Numbered from the whole stretch's first letter, positions 31,755 through 44,083 are shown. The stretch is DNA of 58,007 bases, filler included, from Stramenopiles sp. TOSAG23-3 (GCA_900128585.1; 6 parts of 6 records of this genome joined end to end with filler, not necessarily neighbours in it); one strand, 5' to 3'. Program-made: numbers and translations. Notes: generated by a model from the letters alone, not told the origin.

Positions 31755-33527
31755 AATTGCGAACTTAACTTTGCTGGCTTGGGTACACTCATCACTGCAT
31801 TATTTTTTACTTGATCTGTTCACTGGGCCGTTATGCTGTTATTCATTTATTATTGAAAAATATATTTATATCTTGATCTTTCAAGAGGTATGAGTGAATA
31901 AAAGAGTTTATTCAAATTCAAAAATGTGAAGAAGAGAAGGAAAAAATAATTTTTGTGTTGTGTTCGGCTACCTTGCTTGGTAATATAAAAAAAAATATTA
32001 TTATTACTATATTTTATTTAGATATTTTATATAATACAACAAATATTAATAATAATACTACTGTAATATTAAAATAATAGTATTATAAATATATTAGTTC
32101 AAAATAATAGACGACTAATGTAATGTAATAATATCGCTACTATTTTTTCAGCGACTCATCTACCTCCTCCTATATTGTATTTTACTGCGCGGTAAAATAG
32201 AATCAGATAGGATTACGTGGAGTCTTCATCGTAGTTGTTAGTCGTAGACTATATTATTAGCGGTCAACATCATAGTCTAATATAAATAATAAATAAAAAC
32301 AAATTAATAAAAAACTGTTTATTATATGTATATTTCGACTATATTTAGAATTAAATATATAAGTTTATTGCGGCAGGATGACGTGATAGGAAAGGAAGGA
32401 CTTCAGATGGATACTTATAGCGAGTATAATAATAAGAAGAGGGAATAAAGGAAAGAAGATAGCGAAGACGAGGACAAGAAAAGAGGAACAAGACAGCAGA
32501 GAGAAAGAGAATAAAGATGAAAAATAAAAGAGAAGAAAAATAATTAAGAGATGGGACCACGAACGAAGGGGACCAAAGAAGATAAGGAAGCAGAGAGCTA
32601 CTGCAACAAGGGGAAAGGAAGGTAAGAAAGGAAAGGTGAACCTACATCAAAATGTAAGGACACGAAGGAAAAGGAACTCGGTGTAGAGGCCCCTACAAAA
32701 TGAGGAGAGGAAATCGAATCTGGGAGAGTCGAAAGGAAAGTGGGGGGAACGAGTCAAAAGGTATAAAACGAGTGGAGGAGAGGACACACAAAAGAAAAGA
32801 GAAAAAGTATAAGGCGAGTGGTGAAGGGGAGAGAGGCCCAAAGAGAAGAAAGGAAATAGGTCGATATATAAGACGACACACGAAGGAGCCATAGTTTTGG
32901 GAGGGTCCATGAGAGACGCAATGGGCAATATGACGCCACCCAGAATAAGGGCGGATAACAGGTAGAACAGCAAGGATAAACGGAAAAGGCCCAGCGAGCG
33001 CGACATGCGCGACGGTGGCAGAATTCGTTTAATTTGAGAGGCTGAAGAACCTGGAGAAGTCGAGACCTCAGACAAATTTATTGGTCTATCGTAAAGAAAG
33101 AAAAGAATCAAACGTAAAATTTTTTTTTTTTTTTTTGATTGATTGATGATGCAGTAGGAGAGTCAGGTCGAGCTGGAGCGGAAGCGATGCGGAGGCGAAT
33201 CATCCTTGCGATCAATAAGATCAAGAGTGATGCAGCCCACGCAGCGACCAGTGTAGTAATTTAAGCCAAATAAAATAACGTCATACGATGAGCAATAATC
33301 AATAATATTACCGCCTCTTCTTCTCTTCTTCTCTCTTTCTTCTTTTTTTTTTCGTCTTCTTCTTCGTCTTCTTCTTCTACTTGGTATTATCTTTTTTTTG
33401 TCGCATTTCTTTCTTCTTTTAATTTCCATATCACACGTAACTATTACCTTTTAAAAAGTTCGTTTTCAAAGCAAATAATTCTTTGCGTGAACGTGATTGA
33501 CAATAGATTGTGTCGTGTCTGAACAAG

Positions 33528-34391
33528 ATGGTGTTGAACAAAATTATCACCACGTACTACCCCGATGTGCGCCCGTACACCCTGACTTCTATGGCGTACG
33601 AAGTGCGTGAAAATGGTGTTTGCATAGCGTACTTTGACACTCAAAAGAACTTGCATGCCCTGACCTTAAATCAAATGCATGAAACATTTTTCGTCCTTGA
33701 ACATGCAAAGAGAGACCCTAAGTGCAAGGTTTTGATATGGACCGCGACGGGGAGTAAAGCATTCAGCTCTGGAGCCGCCTTTGGCCTCAACCAGCCCGTC
33801 AGCTGTGCCCCCGAGGTGGCCGACGCTTACCGTGCCCAGAAGATGTGCCCGGGGAACCCCGGGGACGCTGCGTTGAAAACCCAAACGCTGGCATTTTGGG
33901 ACTTCCCAAAACCGGTAATAATGGCAATAAATGGCCTCGCCGTTGGAGGGGGTGCGAACATTGCCCTCATGAACTACGGGGATCTTGTCCTCGCATCTTC
34001 CAACGCACGGTTCAAGTGGCCTTTCAACAAACTGGGGCTCAGCCCGGAACTAGGATCGTCCGTAGTGCTGGCCGGCATTGTTGGTATCCCGAAAGCAAAA
34101 CGCATCATGATGCTTGGGGAGTGGCTTTCGGCCGAAGGTGCTATGGGTATGGGGTTAGTGAACGAGGTAGTAGAGCCCGAACGGCTTCTCCCACGTGCAA
34201 TAGAAATGGCGGAGCAAATGGCAGGGTACTCCCCATCTGGCATGTTTCGCATCAAGGACATAATGAACAGGCACACCCGAGCACAACTGGAAGAGATTTT
34301 GGACCACGAAGCCGCGTACATTGAAGAGGGCATTGTGGAGATGCAAAAAATGGTTGCTGCGAAAAAGGCCTCCAAGAAGGCCAAGCTGTGA
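33528..34391 (+). CDS. Enoyl-CoA hydratase/isomerase (crotonase superfamily), peroxisomal
   Basis: AFSSGA, FPKPVIMAINGLAVGGG, PFNKLGLSPELGSS, LSAEGAMGMGLVNEVV; C-terminal AKL (PTS1); ATG at 33528. Confidence 0.93.
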   Translation: MVLNKIITTYYPDVRPYTLTSMAYEVRENGVCIAYFDTQKNLHALTLNQMHETFFVLEHAKRDPKCKVLIWTATGSKAFSSGAAFGLNQPVSCAPEVADAYRAQKMCPGNPGDAALKTQTLAFWDFPKPVIMAINGLAVGGGANIALMNYGDLVLASSNARFKWPFNKLGLSPELGSSVVLAGIVGIPKAKRIMMLGEWLSAEGAMGMGLVNEVVEPERLLPRAIEMAEQMAGYSPSGMFRIKDIMNRHTRAQLEEILDHEAAYIEEGIVEMQKMVAAKKASKKAKL

Positions 34392-34468
34392 GTGAGAGTA
34401 ATGTTTGTTAAAAATAATTGAATAACAGCATTTTATATTCATGTTTTGTTTTTCATATTACAATTCCT

Positions 34469-34500
34469 TGACCGATTTACAAGACAGAAAATGAGCACCT
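34469..34500 (+). mobile_element. Short internal fragment of the subfamily A element
   Basis: TGACCGATTTACAAGACAGAAAATGAGCACCT versus TGACCGATTTACAAGACAGACAACGAGCACCT at 57929. Confidence 0.7.
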
Positions 34501-34694
34501 AAGTCACTTAAACTTTACGTGGACAAAAACAATTATTTATATTGTAAAATCTAGGAAGGATGAATTGGAAATTTCAAGAGGTCATCCATATAAGTTTAGT
34601 CAAACTAATTACCGGTTATTCGTTTATAAAGCATTACAACAGAAAACGAGCGCATTTAAAACATTTAATGCCGCTTTTTACTTGCCAATTGGAA

Positions 34695-34794
34695 NNNNNN
34701 NNNNNNNNNNNNNNNNNNNNNNNNNNNNNNNNNNNNNNTTAATTAATTAANNNNNNNNNNNNNNNNNNNNNNNNNNNNNNNNNNNNNNNNNNNN
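34695..34794. other. Artificial contig spacer
   Basis: 44N-TTAATTAATTAA-44N. Confidence 0.97.
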
Positions 34795-34965
34795 TTACAG
34801 AATCAAGTTAGGATTAGGGTACGACGAAGCTAAATTTAATTACTTAAATAACAGCCAATTTTCTTGTTTAAATTATTATAAAATAACAGCCAATTTTCTC
34901 GTTTTTAAAATAAACTAACACGAGATATAATAAAACAAGAAAAATTGGCTGTAATTGGCTGTTAT
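34795..34965. mobile_element. Subfamily A 3' end (+, terminus duplicated) facing an inverted terminus (-)
   Basis: TTACAGAATCAAGTTAGGATTAGGGTACGACGAAGCTAAATTTAATTACTTAAATAACAGCCAATTTTCTTGTTT, a second terminus, then AAAACAAGAAAAATTGGCTGTAATTGGCTGTTAT. Confidence 0.82.
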
Positions 34966-35096
34966 AAAGAAAAGCTTTGTTAGAGCAATTTTACACACAC
35001 ACATGAAGGAAGAAAAACTTAACCGGAAAAAAACAAATTTCATTGCACGGAAAGCAATTCTTTGCACAACCCTCTTCCCGACAACTCTCTCTCCGC

Positions 35097-36749
35097 TCAA
35101 TACGAAAACGGTTTCTCTGGCGGTGGCCGCACTTGGCCTGCCTCTTCATCACTCAAGTGTTCCCCCACAACAAAGGTGCTGGCTGGTGTATTTCCAGCGG
35201 CGTTGTAGGTGCCGGCGAAAAGCGATGAGTATTTTACGTAAGGAAACCCGATGGTGCGGGTGACCGGCTCTCCTTGCGCATTGCACTGGTTAACCCACAT
35301 ATTGACCCACCCACGCTGCCTCTCATCCGTCACCGGGGAGGCATTTAGAATGTCCGCAATGGACAGCCAAGAGTAATACCCAGGCCGCATAACCAGGCTC
35401 TCCTCCTCCTGTACACTCAAACGGTAGCCGTACACGCGGCACATTTTGTCGTAAAAATCATTTATGATTGGGTTGTCGCATACGTTGCCATCTGGGTTAT
35501 CGTATGCGTCAACCACCCAGCTAAGGTAAGAGATGCATACGTTGAACTCCCTCTTCAAGTATTTTAACATTGTCCCTATTACATTCCCTGCATCCAGGTA
35601 CTGCAACCTGTTCAATTGCCTAGTTGTATATTGCTCCAGCTCCCTTGCTGGGGTTTCTGGCAGACGGACCAGCCCTCGGGGTTCCACGTTCATCATCAGC
35701 ACTCGCTTGCCGTCCGCACTTTCAAGCACGACCGCAACACTATCAATTGTTTGAGATGGTCCAACACCAGATCCTTTCCCGCACGCCGCGTCAAAAGGCA
35801 CTATTGCCGAGTACTTGTTGTCGCTTCTGAAATTGCTACTAAAAATCCCGTGCTTTGAAAACTTCAATGCTGTTTTCGGGTGGATAATCGGCCCGACGGC
35901 CGGGGGAGAATGCCTTCCGTGAAACTTCAAGTATATTCCTATCCTCGCCTTGTTCGAATTGTTTGGCCAAGCCTCGTGCCACGTAAACCCGTTCATTAAT
36001 AGCAAGTCGCCACGTTTCAACTGCGGATCAATCAGCTCTATCGAAGACGCTTCTGGAACGCAGCCTGCTTCTACCAACGAGACACGGCCGTCGGTAGATG
36101 GCAGGATACGGCTGCGAAGGTGCGACCCTGGAGAAACCAGCAGTGGGCCGACCTCTTCCGTATAGTCGACGAGGGGGATTACGGCAAACATCCAGTTCAA
36201 AAAGGAGCCCACGGGCCGCCACGGCTTGTAGTCATAGTGGCAACCAAAACCAGTCGTGGTCGCCGAACTGCGTCCCGTGCCTTTTGCGCCAGGTGTTCGG
36301 CAGTAGATTTGGTATTGGCTCAGCACTGGTGAGTCGCCCAGCATTTCTTTGCACGATTGAATTATGTACGGGTGCTCGCAAGTGAGTGGCACAAGATGGG
36401 GCGCCCTGTCAAGAATGCGAGACCCCATCGGAAAATTGCCAGGCTTTGGGTACGCATACCCATCGGGGGCGTCTCCCCACTTCCAAGAAGTTGAAGTTCC
36501 CCTGTCGTAGGGGGAACTGGCTTCATAGTCATGCTCTTCATACGCGTGAACAATCTCTTTGTGCGTCATTTCGCTATCACTCGCACTAAATACCCCCCGG
36601 ACAACAAGGTAACCATGTTTTCTGTAAAAGTGAACATCTTCTGTGGTCAGTGGCGCAGCCCCCTCCGCTTCCCCCCGGCTCAGTTGCCGCCTCAAGGTAT
36701 TCAAGCGCCTCTCCTGGGTGGCGTGTTCCCGTGCAACCAGGGCGGCCAT
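35097..36749 (-). CDS. Phytanoyl-CoA dioxygenase (PhyH)-family Fe(II)/2OG oxygenase with PTS2 and an extra C-terminal domain
   Basis: LTTEDVHFYRKHGYLVVRGVF; HYD (HxD); GPLLVSPGSH; LKRGDLLLMNGFTWHEAWPN..R. RLNTLRRQL fits RL-x5-QL; ATG at 36749. Confidence 0.88.
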   Translation of the reverse strand: MAALVAREHATQERRLNTLRRQLSRGEAEGAAPLTTEDVHFYRKHGYLVVRGVFSASDSEMTHKEIVHAYEEHDYEASSPYDRGTSTSWKWGDAPDGYAYPKPGNFPMGSRILDRAPHLVPLTCEHPYIIQSCKEMLGDSPVLSQYQIYCRTPGAKGTGRSSATTTGFGCHYDYKPWRPVGSFLNWMFAVIPLVDYTEEVGPLLVSPGSHLRSRILPSTDGRVSLVEAGCVPEASSIELIDPQLKRGDLLLMNGFTWHEAWPNNSNKARIGIYLKFHGRHSPPAVGPIIHPKTALKFSKHGIFSSNFRSDNKYSAIVPFDAACGKGSGVGPSQTIDSVAVVLESADGKRVLMMNVEPRGLVRLPETPARELEQYTTRQLNRLQYLDAGNVIGTMLKYLKREFNVCISYLSWVVDAYDNPDGNVCDNPIINDFYDKMCRVYGYRLSVQEEESLVMRPGYYSWLSIADILNASPVTDERQRGWVNMWVNQCNAQGEPVTRTIGFPYVKYSSLFAGTYNAAGNTPASTFVVGEHLSDEEAGQVRPPPEKPFSY

Positions 36750-37185
36750 CCTACGCGCAAAACAACGCACCGTCGTCGATTCCGTTTCCGCGTAAATAAA
36801 TAGTAAATTTGAGAATGAACAAGGGATCTGAAACAATTTACATGTTTATAATATTACAATTCGAAACCATTTTGTTGATTGAAAAGATCATAGTATTTTT
36901 TTATTGATAATATATTGTCTATTATATTATTTTATTAGACGACGACTATTGATTGTGTAATAAAAAATAGATAGATGATTACTTACACCAACCAAAGCAT
37001 CTCTTCTTCTCTTCTCGTTTTCGTAAAATATATAAATATAATAAAACAGAAGAAGTCTCTTCTTCTTACAGCTACATAACATCAAGAAGAAAAAAGAAAT
37101 AACTAGTTTACTTTTAGAAATGACTGATTTACTTTTTTTTATAGTACTTAATATTAACACAGCACTAAAAAAATAATAAACGGTT

Positions 37186-37865
37186 CCAACAACAAGTGTT
37201 CTTTCGCAATTGTTTTGTTTCTTTTTTTTGTTTTAACAATCGGTATTTTATATGATCACAGCATCTCTTAAAATAAATTAACATTTCTTTTCGGTGTAAA
37301 AATGAATGAAATTTATTTCAACACAAACTTACAACAAAAAATGACGAAATTCCCATTTTCTAAAAAATGAAGAAACACGACCGTCGTTGATTTTTTTTAA
37401 GTAAAAGGCCTTGATAGACACCTGTTTAACAAAGTGTTCAGTGTCCTTGGCGCGAAAAAAAATCCGACTCGATTTTCAAAGTATGGAAGGACTTTGATCG
37501 ATAACGACAAATTCAAGCAAGCGGGACGCCTAACTACATAAGTTTAGATCAGGCAAGCGTTCTGCTTTCCATGCGCGACGGTCAACGAACGTTTATAAAT
37601 TGTTTGCCTTCAATTGACTTGGAAATGCGGTTCCTAGGGACAATTTTTTGGTAAATGGGCGTTTTCGACCAAACGCCACCCAAACATTCACTTGTTTATT
37701 GGTGAGTTTTGGAGAAACGAGCGGTGGGGGGGCATATTTGTTTATCTGAGAGAACACTTGATTGTTTAAAATTGTAAAAATTATCTTTTTTTCGTAAAGA
37801 TCTCTTCGTTTGAAATAGTTAGCACAAAGTCGTTTCCCATTTTTCACTTCCGCGCCAAAGATACT
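37186..37865 (+). mobile_element. ~680-bp non-coding dispersed repeat, copy 2
   Basis: Colinear with 28915-29594; inverted repeat 37440-37457 / 37848-37865. Confidence 0.85.
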
Positions 37866-38535
37866 CGCGGAATTTACAGAGTTGTTTCTCGGCAAGTAGT
37901 ATACGAGAAAGCGTACTTTTTGTTGTTAAACATAAGTACGAAAACAATACAAAATTCCTATCAAAACATAAAAAGGGATAAATTAGATCGGCTGGGTCAA
38001 CAATTAAAGCAACTCTCACTAGAATATCGCTCTACCATTAGTATTGTGGAAGGCGGCTGCTGTCGCTAGAAAAGTTTATTCTAAAAGTAATAATATTCCT
38101 ATCAAACATTAGCTTGTTAGAATTGCGGCCTCTCTCTCACTTTGCTCTTTTTTTAATGAGAGAATGCTGCTGCTGCCTGGTATTAAATAATAGTAAACTA
38201 ATCCGTTAGTTATTTTCACATAATTATATTTATCAATAAGAATATAGTGCCACAACAACAACAAGGAGAAGAAGAACTTTATTATAATATATGAATGAGT
38301 GAATTAAAATAATATAAAAGATCCCCCCCCCACCTTTCTAACTTGACTCTCTAATTCCTAATAACCCCATCGTGAAGATGACGAATAAATTATGATTTTG
38401 TTTGATTTTCACCCCCCCCCCCCTCTCTAGATCTAGACAGTGATTTTAAAACCTTGTGTACGGGTTTAATCGTGGTGAAATTACTACCGTTCCCTCTCAG
38501 GCCTTTTAAGTCCTTCCTGGCAAGCGGTCGTTGGC

Positions 38536-41500
38536 ATGTTTGGGTCCCTGTCCTCTGCTATCCTTGAGTCGCGGCAAAATGTCAAAGATTTAAAGTACTG
38601 GGAGGCGCAGGTAGAGACGCCGAGGGATCCCGTCACGCACTTTGAGTCGGCAACGTTGGAGAGCTTGGCAAAAGAGTGGAAAGCCAAGAAGAGCAAAGAG
38701 AAACGCAAGGCCTCCTCCTCCAGCAACAGTGCCGACAAGACTGGTCCTAATTTTAGCACAAAGTGCAAACACCCGTTGCAGATCTGGGGAGACGGGGACG
38801 GGTCGTATTTCGACCGCTGGCTCGCCGTTACCCCCCCGAAGAAGACCCACCAAAGCCAGGGATCAATACGACCAACGCAAGGCTTCAAGGCAGAGCGTAT
38901 GAAAGCCAAGTCCATCAACCAGAGAAAAGAGCAACGGGGCAGGGCGCGGGCAATGCGGAAAGCCATTGGAAAACGGGCGAAAGACACAGGTGACCCGAGG
39001 AAGAAATTAAGACTGCTAGAGGCAGAGGAAAAGCTGTTCAAGACGTTCGAAGAGAGTGAGTTTGAAAGCATGTTCTACAACAGCAGTTGCAGTTCGGCAG
39101 ACGAAGAAGACAGCGCGGACGAGGACGAAGTGGGATCAGGCGAAGAAGACCCCCCGAGGAGGGAGAAGAACGGTTCGGACGAGGGCGTGCAGCTGGCCGA
39201 GCATCAAATGACCCCGCGGTCGAGAAAATACATCGGGTCGCCTGCTCGCTATCGATTGTTCCAACGCTACCATAGAGAAAACGCAAACCTCCTTCGATTG
39301 CCCGCACTGGACTTGAACCAGGTCGGTGCCGCAGCAACGGACAGTCCTGAAAGCAAAACGGGCGGTTCGAGCGGCGAGGCCCTGGGGCCCACCGACAGCG
39401 CGAGGAGGAACTACTTGACCGAGGTTTGCAAAAAGAAACTGCCGCCCATGTCTTTGCAGATCCGCAAGAACAAAACCAGCGAATTGAACTTGTCCTTTTG
39501 GGGAATTGGGGACGACTTTGGGTCTGCCTTTGCCGCAGGGCTTCGGGGAATGCCGCAGTTAGAAACGTTGGACTTGTCGGACAACAGGCTGACGGGCAAG
39601 AGTTTGTCACGAGCCATGCACGCGGCCGTGCACGTGACCACCCTCACAGAGCTGAACCTCTCATCAAACCGACTGGGCGTGCAAGGAATGAAAGCGTTGA
39701 TGGTTTTGCTCAAAGAGTCGAAATCGTTGGAATCCCTGGGAATCGCCGACTCTCGTTGCGGGGACAAAGAGGCAGAGTTCCTGGCGGCGGGGCTTTCCCA
39801 GAACACGTCGTTAAAGGAGGTGGATTTGCACGGGAACAACTTTGGGGTCGGTGCAGGGCTTGCGTTTGCAAAAATGTTGGACCAGAGGGACAGCAAGAGT
39901 CAAATAGAAGACCTGGACCTTTCGTGGACAGAAATCAGGAAAGAGGGGGCGGTGGCGGTGGCGAAAGCCATTGCTCACAACACGACGTTGGAGAAGCTCG
40001 ATTTGTCCTACTGCGCGTTCGGTGACACGGGGACCATGCACATGATGGAGTCTCTGCGAACAAACACTACCATGAACTGGCTAGAAATGGACAACAATCA
40101 AATCAAGGGCCGCGGGGCCATGGTCATATCGAATTCGTTGGAAGACAACCAAACGCTCACCTACCTTCAACTGTGGGACAACCCGCTGGGAAAGTCCGGG
40201 GGAAGGGCAATGCTGCGGTGCGTGGCCCGGACGGGGGACGTGAGGAACATAGACCTAGAAAATTGCAACTTTGAGATAGAGGAAGACGGTTTGTTCGACC
40301 CGAGCGAGCCCGCAACGAAGTACGACCTTGATTTGACCGACCTTTACGAGCGGGCGGTTGGAAACGAGTTTATTCGGATAATCAGCGCAAAGCCGGGATG
40401 CCAGATAAAGAAAATGAGCATTGACGAGGTGGCGGTACCGTTTGTTCAGCTCGAGCCAGATCAGCTCGAAGGCTACAAGTCTGAAGACGAATTCGAACAG
40501 GAAGACGAGAGCGAGAGCGACAGTGACGCCGATGACGCCGTCGAAGATGTCCCCAAAAAGCGCCTGAGCGCAGAAGAGATTAGAAAATCGCTCCTGTTTC
40601 GGGTAAACGGCGACCGCTTCAAAGTCCCAAACGAGGGCCGCCTTCGCATAGAATGTTGCGTACAGCCCCGCAAACCAAAGAAGAGCCAAGTGATTTCAAA
40701 GGACGGGCTGAAAGGGATCATGTCGTTAATATTCGACAGCGAGCGGTTGACGAGAAAAGACCGTGTGACACGGCTGAAGCGCGCTTCAGAGGACATTTAC
40801 ATGCACTCGAAACAGTTGATCAAGATACTCAAAAAGATCAAGGAGCAGGACGAGCGGCGAGAAATCATGGACGTTCTAATCCCAAGGCTTACAGACCCAG
40901 AGAACAAATTGAAGCTGCTGTTGACGGTTCTGGGCGAGCGCCACATCGACAAACTTGAAGATGAGATGGGGTGTTTATTCCATTTCACGCCCCAAAACCC
41001 GACGGGCCACTACGAGTTGAATTTGGACATAGAAAACGACAGGAAACTAATGCGACAATTGATTGAGATCAACAACGATGACAAGCGATGGGCCATGGAA
41101 CGAAGTGGGCGCGAGGACGTTTCCCGTGACGGTGATTGGGAGCACTTTCGGAACGGCGTGTACAAAAGCAAACCGATCAAACTCCATGCGGAGTGGGAGG
41201 TGCCGCGAGAGGGCGTGTTGGAGTTTGACTATGTTCACGCAAAGACCCCTTCAAGAAAAGCGAGGGGCCTGGTCCAGACCTCGTCCAAATTTAACCGGAT
41301 GTGCAAAAACCTCGGCCTGCACCCTAACTGCGACTTTAAAGAAAAGCCAAATTTAAACCCGGCGTCGATCCTTTCGTTTTTCCGCCCAAAGTACGACTTG
41401 AGCAAACTAGAGGGGAAAAAACTGGACAAAGCCGCATGCTCTAGAATACAGTTTTGGTACCGAAAACACTTGAAAGCAAAACGTGCGTGGGAGGCCGCCC

Positions 41501-42883
41501 AGCCCCGCGAGCTGACAGAGGAGGAAAAGAAAGAAGTCAGCGCGATGCGGTTGCAAGGGTGGTACCGCCGCTTGGTAATAAAGTGGTACGAAGCGGCCCA
41601 GCAGGAAGCCATCGACAAAGCAGAGGACCGGTTGTTGATCCGAAGGGAAGCGCTGCATGCCGGGCAAGAGGTCGAAACCCTCGAAGAGCCGTACTGCACC
41701 GTGTTGAGTGTTGTTGCCGAATACAATGGCGGTCAGTACAACGCCACCACGGACCTGTACCATCAGGTTGACGCGCTGATGGCACGTGCCCTGTTCACGG
41801 ACGGCACGAAAATCGACATGACCCTGGAAGAGGCCGCCGACGAGCTAGAAATCATCATGTTGCCCGCCAAAGAGAACGCACCCGATACTTTGCAGCCACT
41901 GCGAGAGAAAGTTGTGAAGGTACTACGAAAGCTCCAGGACGCAGAAAAGGAGGAATTGGCAAGGCAAGCCGCTATCGACGAGGCGAATAGACCGAAGGCA
42001 GCGTCTGGGTTCGGGGGGGGCCTTCGGATCGATGATGATGATGGCAAAGGCCCGCCAAAGCGCAGAGGAAAAGGCTCGGGTTCGCCAAATAATGTCCAAT
42101 GGGGTCTACCCCCTCCGCCGGGCCGTCTCGAAGATATACCTGACGTGCGCCCAAGTAGCGTACCTCTTGCGATGCTTCCCCGGGGGAGAAAACATCGGGG
42201 AGAAAGGGGTAAACGAACCGTTCTGCCGGTGGATTAAAAGGTTCAGCGATCCGGAGGATGCGGGGTGTACCGAGACGTTGCCCCCGCAGTGCCGAGTGAC
42301 CGTTCTCCAAAGCTGCTTTAGTCGAATAGTGGATCTGGAAAATATTTGGACCGCTATATTGCTGAACCGGGACGTGCTGAGCCACGAAGATTACCTCTGC
42401 GCGCTATCGCGCATTGGGTACTTGAATTTGTGGAACCCCATGGGTTCCCAGACGGAACCCGGCCCCGACCTAATTTACGACTTGGACATGTCCATAAAAG
42501 AGCACTACAACTTGACGCTGATGTTGATAGAACTTGCCGACGTGGAGCCCGGAGAGAATTTTCTGGACGAAACATGGACAAAATTTGACAAGCAGGCAAA
42601 GACCGAGTACATACCTGGCGAAAAGGGTGACTACGTGCTCGTGGCTGGGTGGGAATTACCGATGAGCTGGGTAGAAAACGGTCCCCCGGACAAAGGCTGG
42701 CTTCACGTCTATTACTACAGCGGACGGGACGATGGCAACAAAGAGGAATGGGACCCAAAACTGAAACGGAAGGTTCGGCAAACAGATTGTACCGGGAAAC
42801 TAGTCGGTCGGTGGGGATGCGCGCCGGTGTGGGATTTAAGAAAGAAGTTGACAAAGAACTGCTTGTGTGGGAACAAAACGTAA
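38536..42883 (+). CDS. Large RI-like LRR protein with IQ-like motifs; ORFs 38536-42237 and 42032-42883 joined by a +1 shift at G8 (42013-42020)
   Basis: LRRs (LETLDLSDNRL, LKEVDLHGNNFG, LEKLDLSYCAFG); the NPTGHYELNL-type motif recurs in ORF2 (PDLIYDLDM); removing one G reads FGG-AFGSMMMMAK, ~1448 aa. Confidence 0.85.
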
Positions 42884-42893
42884 AGAGTTCTTT

Positions 42894-42960
42894 AAAAACA
42901 AGAAAATTGGCTGTTATTTAAGTAATTAAATTTAGCTTCGTCGTACCCTAATCCTAACTT
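42894..42960 (-). mobile_element. Subfamily A 3' fragment
   Basis: AAAAACAAGAAAATTGGCTGTTATTTAAGTAATTAAATTTAGCTTCGTCGTACCCTAATCCTAACTT; near-identical to the reverse complement of 34805-34869. Confidence 0.85.
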
Positions 42961-43093
42961 CTTTTAAGAGATACTTTAGGAGAGCAAATGTTCAAAAATT
43001 TAACGGGTAAACTCTCTGCTTCACAGAAATACTGTTGAAATTTGTAACGTGTTAATTTACGAGCATATATAATAACATATTTTTTTAAAGAGT

Positions 43094-44083
43094 TTATGTG
43101 GTCACGGGCAACAGCCGCTTCTTCAGCGCTTCCAGCAATTGCTTTCGTAGCTCCCTTGGGTCTGGCGGAGGACTGTACGGCAGCAAACGTCGCTTCAGTG
43201 CAAGGAACGTACGCCGCCTTGCTTGCAGCACTTCCCCGGGCAGTTTTCCGTATTTGTACATGTCTATTTCTTTATCTGGGTCGTAGAGTGGTATGTCATG
43301 GATTCCATCGTCCGAATCGTCCTTCTTTGTCGCTACTTTAAAATCTGTCCGGTCGTCCTTTTTCACCACGTACACGTAAACGTACCGCTCGTCCTCATCT
43401 CGGACGTTGAACTCCTCCATATCCGGTTTCGGGATTTCTATCACTTTTACCTGCCACTTGAGGCCTTTCCGTTTAAACTTCGACACCCGCCGCTTGGGCG
43501 GGCCGAGGCTCACCGCAAGGAACGTCCCACCGCACTTCAAACTGTCGTATACGCTTTTCAAATACTTGTCGATGGTCAGTATACTCTCGCTGCGCGTGCA
43601 CAGCAGTGCGTCCAGGGTGCTTTTGTCGACAATGAAATCAAACGATTCTTCCCACCCCTTCTTTATGTTACAGGCGTCCATGACATGGTAATTTAGGCCT
43701 CTCCGACCGCGACAGTTCTGGTTTGCAGAAAAACGGCCCGACACGCTATAATCGTCCACCACCTGGTTGCCCCCCGTGCCCTTCCGCAAGCCCTGCTTTT
43801 GCAGACCGCTGCTCCGGGCTTTCATATGCTCGATGACAGTGTGTGAAATATCAATGGCGTGAATCGTCTTCCACCCAGCGTCGTACATGTCCTCCGTCAA
43901 CGTCGACTTCCCACAGCCGACGACAAGCGTGTTCAGACGCGAGCGGTACCCTAAACCGACGCAACCACCGTATTCGACCAGCACCGACCTGAGACCAGAG
44001 AACGAGACCAACCAGTCAAAGGTTTCGTCATCATCCACCTGATAGTGCTCCTCCCAATACCCCGCAGACCCGTAGAGAGGCAT
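43094..44083 (-). CDS. Class I SAM methyltransferase, METTL13-N/EEF1AKMT4-like
   Basis: YGSAGYWEEHY..FDW, LVVGCGKSTL, IDIS, MDAC, FDFIVDKSTLDALLC, LKCGGTFLAVSLG; first ATG at 44083. Confidence 0.9.
   Translation of the reverse strand: MPLYGSAGYWEEHYQVDDDETFDWLVSFSGLRSVLVEYGGCVGLGYRSRLNTLVVGCGKSTLTEDMYDAGWKTIHAIDISHTVIEHMKARSSGLQKQGLRKGTGGNQVVDDYSVSGRFSANQNCRGRRGLNYHVMDACNIKKGWEESFDFIVDKSTLDALLCTRSESILTIDKYLKSVYDSLKCGGTFLAVSLGPPKRRVSKFKRKGLKWQVKVIEIPKPDMEEFNVRDEDERYVYVYVVKKDDRTDFKVATKKDDSDDGIHDIPLYDPDKEIDMYKYGKLPGEVLQARRRTFLALKRRLLPYSPPPDPRELRKQLLEALKKRLLPVTT

Noticed and set aside
33528-36749. Apparent cluster of two peroxisomal lipid enzymes (crotonase with PTS1, PhyH with PTS2)
   Set aside because: They are separated by an artificial spacer and lie on different size-sorted contigs.
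37593-37895. 100-aa ORF inside the 680-bp repeat as a gene
   Set aside because: The equivalent frame in copy 1 has several stops.
6309-42020. General programmed +1 frameshifting system
   Set aside because: The three sites share no motif, and two are long G/C homopolymers best explained by sequencing error.
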